A stretch of 60,882 nt of DNA. Source: Macrostomum lignano. Taxonomy: Eukaryota. The notes beneath the pieces are model-generated. The model saw only the letters and a list, made by a program, of their open reading frames with translations, did not search any database and was not told where the DNA came from. The stretch is from positions 171,592-232,473 of the forward strand of contig NIVC01000277.1 in NCBI GenBank assembly GCA_002269645.1, given 5' to 3'. Shown here one piece after another: positions 54,512 to 60,882 of the stretch; within the stretch, counting starts at the first letter, position 1, and every line of letters starts with the position of its first letter. The translations under genes were made by a program, and so were the position numbers.

Positions 54512-57500
54512 TCAATCAATATTAATAGGCGATTCTGGCACGCCGGATCCACTCGGCTCTGGCGAGCTTCCAGTTGACTGGCTGGCATCGAGATCCACTG
54601 GCGCTAATCGACGTCTGCCGAAACTTTTAAAATTGAAGCTTCGGGCCTGCGGTTTCGACTGCTTCTGCTGCTGTTGGTGCTGCTGCGGACCGGACCCACA
54701 AGCAAACATTTCTGACTGAGCCAAACTGAACAGCTCCGATCGGCCGGCCGCAGCTGCACTAAGCAGGCCAGGCAGAGGCGTCGAGTGGCCAACGGACGAG
54801 GAAGCGGCCGACGTCCAAAAGCAGGGAGTCGATGGCGGCGGCGGTGGATCGACTGACTTCTTTAAACCCGGCAACGGCAGGTATGGACTACGAATCAAGT
54901 TTTCTTTTAGCGCCAAAGGTAACACGGATGTTGGTTGGTTGCTAGGTCGGTTGCTTTCGCTGCTGAATACGGCGGAAGCGTCGACGACGAACGAATTATT
55001 GTTGTCGATGCTGGAGACTTCGGAGAGCTTAAATAGCGGCTGCTGCTGCGGTGGTGGTTTTGCAGTTTCTGTGCCAGCCGAGGCATTGGATAAAGAGAGC
55101 GAACTCAAGGACAACATCTGGCTAAACCGTGGAGCCTGCTGCTGTTCTTGTAGCTTACTTTTGTTGTTGACACCTTCGTCACCACATTGCTCTGTGAGAT
55201 GTTCCTCGGCTGCAACTGGAGTTGGCGCCTGCGATGTGGCTCCTGGGGATTCAAGTTGATCGTTAAAGAAGTGCGGCTCAATATCGCCGGAGGGAACTTC
55301 TGCCATAGTTGACTGCGTGGACGATTTAGCTGCATCAGTCTGCGAGGTTGAAGACTCATTAACCGTTGCATCAGTCGACTTCTCAACTAGTTCATCTGGT
55401 GAAGTATCTCTTGAATAACTTGATCTCGGTACTGAAGCCTCACCAGTGTTCTTGCCTGATGGTTCAGCGTTTGAGTGTTTTGCGCGTAACGACACTGAAG
55501 CCTCAGAGGCAGTTTGACCCGATGACTCAACGATTGAGTGATTTGATGTTGGTACCGAGTTTTCAGCTGTATTTTGGTCCGATGACTTAACAGTTGGTTT
55601 ATATGATGTCGGAATAGAGTTCTGGGATGTAGTATGGCTTGATGGCTCAGCAGTAGGCTGGTGTGATGACTCAACGGTTGAGCGTACCGATGTCGGTACT
55701 GAAACTTTGGAAGAAGCATGGCTTGATGATTCAGCAGCAGACTGGTGTGATGACTCAACGGTTGAGCGTACCGATGTCGGTACTGAAACTTTTGAAGAAG
55801 CATGGCCTGACGACTCAACGGCTAAGCAGTCCGGTATCGTTACCTTGGCAGAAGTCTGGTTTGACGACTCAACGGTTGAGCACTCTGATGTCGGTACCGA
55901 AGCCTTGGCAGAATTTGGACGAGAAGAATCGACAACAGTCAATTCTTCTGTTGATTTTTTCAGCTCCGTGAACTGAATGGTTGACTTGGAGTTTGATTGT
56001 GCAGCAGAAGTTTCATTATGCGTCAGAGCATGGGAGCTGCTCAAAGTGGCCGATGAGGCGGTAAACTTTGACGCAGACAAATCAATCGCACCCAGTTGCC
56101 GACACACTCGACTTCTATTGAATATGGGTGACTGCGGTACAGCATTGAAATCTGTGCTACCTGCTGCATTGTGCGTTGACGAGACTGCCGACTGCCTGCA
56201 CACGGTGGACTTTGAGTCACAAGTCTGTTCTGCTGCATATCTCACATACTCAACAGCTGGGGGAGGCATATCAGGTGCAGTTAATGGGTTTGCGTTGCTG
56301 CACAAAGCTTGGCTGCTCTTGTTAGCAGTGCAATTGGTACTAGCATTTTTCTTGACTTGCACCTCGGCTTCAGAAAATTCCTTCACTGTATTAACAGGCG
56401 GCAAGACTCCCGTTGAATCTAGACCATTAGCAACTGCGAGTGTTAAAGTGCTGTAAGAATCCTCAAGAATTGGCGATGTAATATGCTCCTCATCCAGCTT
56501 CACTTTAGTATTTCGACCATGACAGCTCGATGCAGCGGATGTCTGCGACAGACTTCTCTTCCGACTAGTAGGCGCAACAGATAGCGTAGCGCTTTGTGAC
56601 TCGCACGTGAACTCCTCATTTGGACTTCGAATCAAGTCAGTTGAGCCTCCTGTCTGAGAAAAACGAGCTGCATTTTTATCAGAATTCTGAGACAGTATCA
56701 GCTTTTCCAGAGTCTCATAGACAGAAGTAGTCGCGGGAGACTCAAATGACGGCTCTTTCAGAATCTTCTTGTCCAGAGTCTCGTAGACGGAGGCGTTCGC
56801 GGGAGACTTGAATGAAGAAGCTTTCTGAGTCTTCTTGTCCAGAGACTCGTAGGCAGAAGCATTCGCGGGAGACTCAAACGACGGCTCTTTCAGAATCTTC
56901 TTGTCCTGAGACTCGTAGGCAGAAGCATTCGCGGGAGACTCGAATGACGGCTCTTTCAGAATCTTCTTGTCCAGAGACTCGTAGGCAGAAGCGTTCGCAG
57001 GAGACACAAATGACGGCTCTTTCAGAATCTTCTTGTCCAGAGACTCGTAGGCAGAAGCATTCGCGGGAGACTCGAATGACGGCTCTTTCAGAATCTTCTT
57101 GTCCAGAGACTCGTAGGCAGAAGCATTCGCGGGAGACTCAAACGACGGCTCTTTCAGAATCTTCTTGTCCTGAGACTCGTAGGCAGAAGCATTCGCGGGA
57201 GACTCGAATGACGGCTCTTTCAGAATCTTCTTGTCCAGAGACTCGTAGGCAGAAGCGTTCGCAGGAGACACAAATGACGGCTCTTTCAGAATCTTCTTGT
57301 CCAGAGACTCGTAGGCAGAAGCATTCGCGGAGACTCGAATGAAGAAGCTTTCTGAGTCTTCTTGTCCAGAGTCTCGTAGACGGAGGCGTTCGTGGGAGAC
57401 CCAAATGAAGAAGCTTTCTGAGTCTTCTTGTCCAGAGACTCGTAGACAGAAGCATTCGCGGGAGACTCAAATGAAGAAGCTTTCTGAGTCTTCTTGTCCA

Positions 57501-60500
57501 GAGACTCGTAGACAGAAGCATTCGCGGGAGACTCAAATGAAGAAGCTTTCTGAGTCTTCTTGTCCAGAGACTCGTAGACGGAGGCACTTGCAGTAGACTT
57601 TAGCAGAGACTCTTTGTAAACTTTTCTGTCCAGAGACTCGTAGGCAGAAGCGTTCCCAGCAGACTCTGACGAAGACTCTTTCTGCATTTTGGCATTCAGA
57701 AGGCTATCAAGCCTCGTGGCCGGCGATCTAGCAAACATTGGAGTATCCGATCTTGAGAAGGCTGAAGAAGGCCTATCCGGTAGGCACTTGTCGATAGCTG
57801 GGAAAGCTTCATCAAGCGATTCGTTGGGAGCAGCGGTGGTGTCGGAGCTCGGTCCAGCAGCTGCCGGAGCTGCGCCACCCGGTGCCAAGGACTGCCAATA
57901 GGACGGAGCCTCGCTACGCAACCGATTCATCGTTGACATAATGGATTGGTATTTGCTGCTCAGAGTGTTCAGCTGGGCGGCGTAGGAGCTGCTTGGCACT
58001 GACTTCGGTGGCAATGGCTGGACGCGCGGCGACAGGGGTACAGGAGACGGCGGCGGAAATGGTGGCGACTGAGGCAGACGCGGTGGTCTTGAAGATTCAT
58101 CAGTGATGAAGTTCTTGGCTACGGTGAACTTGACATTCGAGGAAGTGGTTACAGATGATGTTGATTTAGCTGCTGTTGTTATTGCTTTTGTTTCTGCTGT
58201 TGCTGCTGTTGTTTCTGTTGTTGTTATTGTTGTTATTGTTGTTATTGTTGTTGCTGTTGTTGTTGTTTCTGCTGCGGCTGCTGATTGACTGCCAGTGTTC
58301 ACAAGCTTGGCCAGATCCGGGAGGCGGCTGTGGATGTAGCGGGACTCCGATTCCTTTAGGCTGAGAGCTGGAAAACAAGGAATAAAAGTAGGAACTGCGT
58401 GGGCTTATTGTGTAAAAACTCTTAGTAATCATTATTATTAAATTCTGTGGGCTTCAAGACATCAGAGATATACTATGTAGATGTTAGATTGATATCAGAT
58501 ACATGTACACGCTAGATAGATATCAATGATATTAGACAAATGTTGGATAGACATGAAATATAAAATTTATAGATACTAATTGGACACAAAGTACGCTCCC
58601 ATTAGATGTAAAAACAGTCTTACTAGCAAGCAGTTTGGCACCGTGAGCCGTCGCTTCAGCTCGGGTGCTGTCGTTCAACAGTAGCACCTGAAGTTGCAGG
58701 AGTCCAACGAATGCGAGCTTGCCTCGAGTCAGTTGCAGCTTCTCTGTTGCCATAGTAACACTCAGACCGATTAGTTCGGGCATTCGAAGCAATTCCCCGT
58801 CCGAGTTGATGATTTTGCTACAAATGAGAAATAATGAATTGCTGACATGAAGTTCATAAAAGTTTTAATCTACACTGAGGTGGTACGAGTCAATTTGCCC
58901 CAGTCTCACTTGATGCAGTAGGCCTGAAACTCAATTGCTGCTTTGGCAATTGGCCAACAGAAATCTTTGCAAGCGGCTAGTCGAGTCAGCTGTTCCAGGG
59001 CGCCGGTGAACTGACCGAGGCCCTTGATGTAGGACACGATTGAAAAGCGAAAACTGAGGTACCTGCCGATGGCGGAGTCCTGCAGCTGCGGGTTGTTGAG
59101 GAGATCAAAACTTGACAAAGAACTTTTGTCGAGGTTCCGAAATCACGAAATCAAATATCCTTCCCAGTTCTAAATCCCAACGCCGATTAGAAATCTCGAT
59201 TTGAAATCCCAGAAATCAGCTTTATAGATTTTGAGGATGGATTAACTCATTGTAGATAAACCTTAGCTATTCACGATGGAAATACATGTAAAATATAGAA
59301 ATAAAGTTTTTACAAACAAAAAAGGTTCCAAAATCGATTATGACTTATCAAGGTCAACGAAAATATAATATAATAACTAATAAGGATGATAAAATATTTG
59401 ATTACACCTGTCCTAATGGGCAGATGTGCAACCGACAGCTCAGCCGCAGCTATTGCGCGGCGCATCTGAAGGCTGCGTACGGCTGTTCAGTCCAAGGACT
59501 GGGGGGTCGCCACACACACCCTCAATTACCCCAGCTAATGCTGGCACCCATTTTACAGCTGGGTGAACTGAAGCAATGCAGAGTTAAGTGTCTTGCTCAA
59601 GGACAATAATTGTTCCGAATGGGTCCAGAATCGAACCCCCGACCTTTCAGTCGCGAGTCCAAGGGGATATCGTCCTACAACCAGCACTGAGACAATTCTG
59701 CCCATTCCGCTACTCCTGAGCCAATAATGTACGGGCACGCACTCACAGGGTGTAAAGTGGCCCTGACTTTCTAAATGTCAGACATGAATGTGGCCACAAA
59801 CCACGGTAACTATATATTATCTCCCATACACCCGCTGTCATTGCATCCCGCTCTCACCTCATTAGCCATCCCGGCAACAGTGACTCCAGTAGCAATGGAT
59901 TCTTTGCTGCCCTCCTGAAGCAGAGTCTCAGCGTATAGGCGCAACAGGATCGCCTGAAAGAATCGGTTCAATGGTTATTGAAAAATGCTTTCATTTTAAA
60001 ATACTCAGTCTCTTTCATAGAGAGAGAGAGTGAGAGAGAGAGACAGTACCTTATCGAAGCTGGCCATGCGCACTGAGGAGCTTTTTGCCAGATTAAATGC
60101 AACGCTGAGCCAGTGAATGGCGTCAGAAAATTTTCCATCTTGGAAGCGTTGCAGCCCGAAGCGGTAGAGCAGGCTGATAAATCGGAGCGACTGGTTTATT
60201 GGCAGGTTGGAGTAGATTTATAATAACGTAGGTTGGATTGTTAGATTGGTAGTTGGACACGTCGGTAGATAGTTAAGTAGTTTTATATTTAGGTATGTCG
60301 ACAGTTTAACAAATTGGTTGCTGGGTAGTTTGGTAGTTGGGTAGGTTTGTTTTTGGGTAGGTTGGGTGCTAGGTAGGTTGGGTGCTAGATGGGTTGGTTG
60401 TTGGGTAGGTTGGGTGCTAGGTAGGTTGGGTGCTAGGTAGGTTGGGTGCTAGATGGGTTGGTTGTTGGGTAGGCTGGGTGCTAGGTAGGTTGGGTGCTAG

Positions 60501-60835
60501 GTAGGTTGGGTGCTAGATGGGTTGGTTGTTGGTAGGCTGGGTGCTAGGTAGGTTGGGTGCTGGGTAGGTTTGTTGGTTAGGTTGTGGTTGTTGGGTATTG
60601 GGTAGGTTGGGTGTTGGTTAGGTGGTTAGGGGTTATGGTTGTTGGCAGCATTGATAGATCTATGTTGGCAACTGTGTTGGGTAGATAAGCACTGCGTCAA
60701 GCGGTAGTCAGCCATTAACTTACGTGCATATTGAGTTTAGCATCGCTAACTAAATCTAGCAGAAGATTCTCATAGTCCAATCCTTGTGATCTTTGTTCTG
60801 CCGTCCATCTGGAAAGCATTAGTTTGAAACCATAA
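54512..60835 (-). CDS. TEX11: TEX11/Zip4/SPO22-like TPR protein (5' end outside the window) with a ~1280-aa low-complexity C-terminal exon; one apparent 1-nt deletion at ~57330
   Basis: Exons: 60835-60724, 60190-60050, 59953-59858, 59085(or 59079)-58910, 58817-58624, 58367-54512; phases consistent. Spliced peptide LLYRFGLQRFQDGKFSDAIHWLSVAFNLAK..KAILLRLYAETLL..AGMANELQDSAIGRYL..ALEQLTRLAACKDFCWPIAK parallels my recollection of TEX11 (CYNFG..KYEESSFWLSQSYDIGK..KVLRLLATNYL..NLANKEHLSSPGLFL..LDFCLNIAK). The gene is well supported; the family assignment is from memory and needs an HMM check. Confidence 0.7.
56700..57660 (-). repeat. Coding 66-bp (22-aa) tandem repeat, 15 copies: SFESPANAS[A/V]YE[S/T]LDKK[ILKEP/TQKAS]
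   Basis: Period 66 measured (cttcttgtcc at 56831 and 56897); 15 YE[ST][LQ][DE][KR]K units counted across the two ORFs. Confidence 0.95.
59400..59700 (-). mobile_element. tRNA-derived CORE-type SINE (MIR-like core), in an intron of the TEX11-like gene
   Basis: Minus strand: tRNA-like head with B-box GGTTCGATTC (plus 59629-59638), then CCTTGAGCAAGACACTTAACTCTGCATTGCTTCAGTTCACCCAGCTGTAAAATGGG (plus 59547-59602). This aligns with the MIR/CORE consensus as I recall it (CCTTGGGCAAGTCACTTAACCTCTCTGAGCCTCAGTTTCCTCATCTGTAAAATGGG). Boundaries approximate. Confidence 0.75.
59715..59786 (+). repeat. Short interspersed repeat fragment, related to 20757-20830
   Basis: See the 20757-20830 alignment; abuts the SINE head. 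Confidence 0.65.
60335..60640. repeat. ~16-bp degenerate minisatellite (GGTAGGTTGGGTGCTA)n, intronic
   Basis: Directly visible. Confidence 0.88.
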
Positions 60836-60882
60836 CTGTAATACTACGTCTATTTAGTGCAATAGCGGTTAGGCTGTATGCT

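Noticed and set aside
58180-58270. (TTG/GTT)n tract giving poly-L/poly-N/poly-V ORFs
   Set aside because: Only the minus-strand Thr-rich frame belongs to the gene; the other frames are shadows.

Overview
Eukaryotic (animal) genomic DNA: GC-rich spliced exons embedded in very abundant micro- and minisatellites. The style resembles a repeat-rich flatworm genome such as Macrostomum, but that is inference only. I rebuilt five genes by hand from GT-AG splice sites and phase arithmetic, all on the minus strand. (1) An unidentified low-complexity protein (11603-10042). (2) A complete 13-exon clade-B (type V/XI-like) fibrillar collagen of about 1664 aa (24113-12852). (3) A 12-exon divergent ionotropic glutamate-receptor-family subunit of about 854 aa (36429-30598). 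(4) A 6-exon Pax3/7-type paired+homeodomain gene of about 497 aa (48121-38974). (5) The 3' part of a TEX11/Zip4/SPO22-like TPR gene whose last exon is a ~1280-aa disordered tail with 15 tandem 22-aa YE[S/T]L repeats (>60835-54512). Genes 1, 3 and 5 each need one extra base in a G/C run to be intact, which suggests homopolymer under-calls in the assembly. Most long ORFs in the supplied track are translations of tandem repeats or antisense shadows. There is no CRISPR array, rRNA or intact tRNA; one tRNA-derived CORE-type SINE is present. Most notable observations: the TEX11-like protein architecture, the rewritten iGluR gate and ligand residues, a collagen intron packed with consensus 5' splice-site copies, a collagen C-propeptide lacking both interchain cysteines, and a duplicated 63-bp unique segment seeding two GATA arrays.
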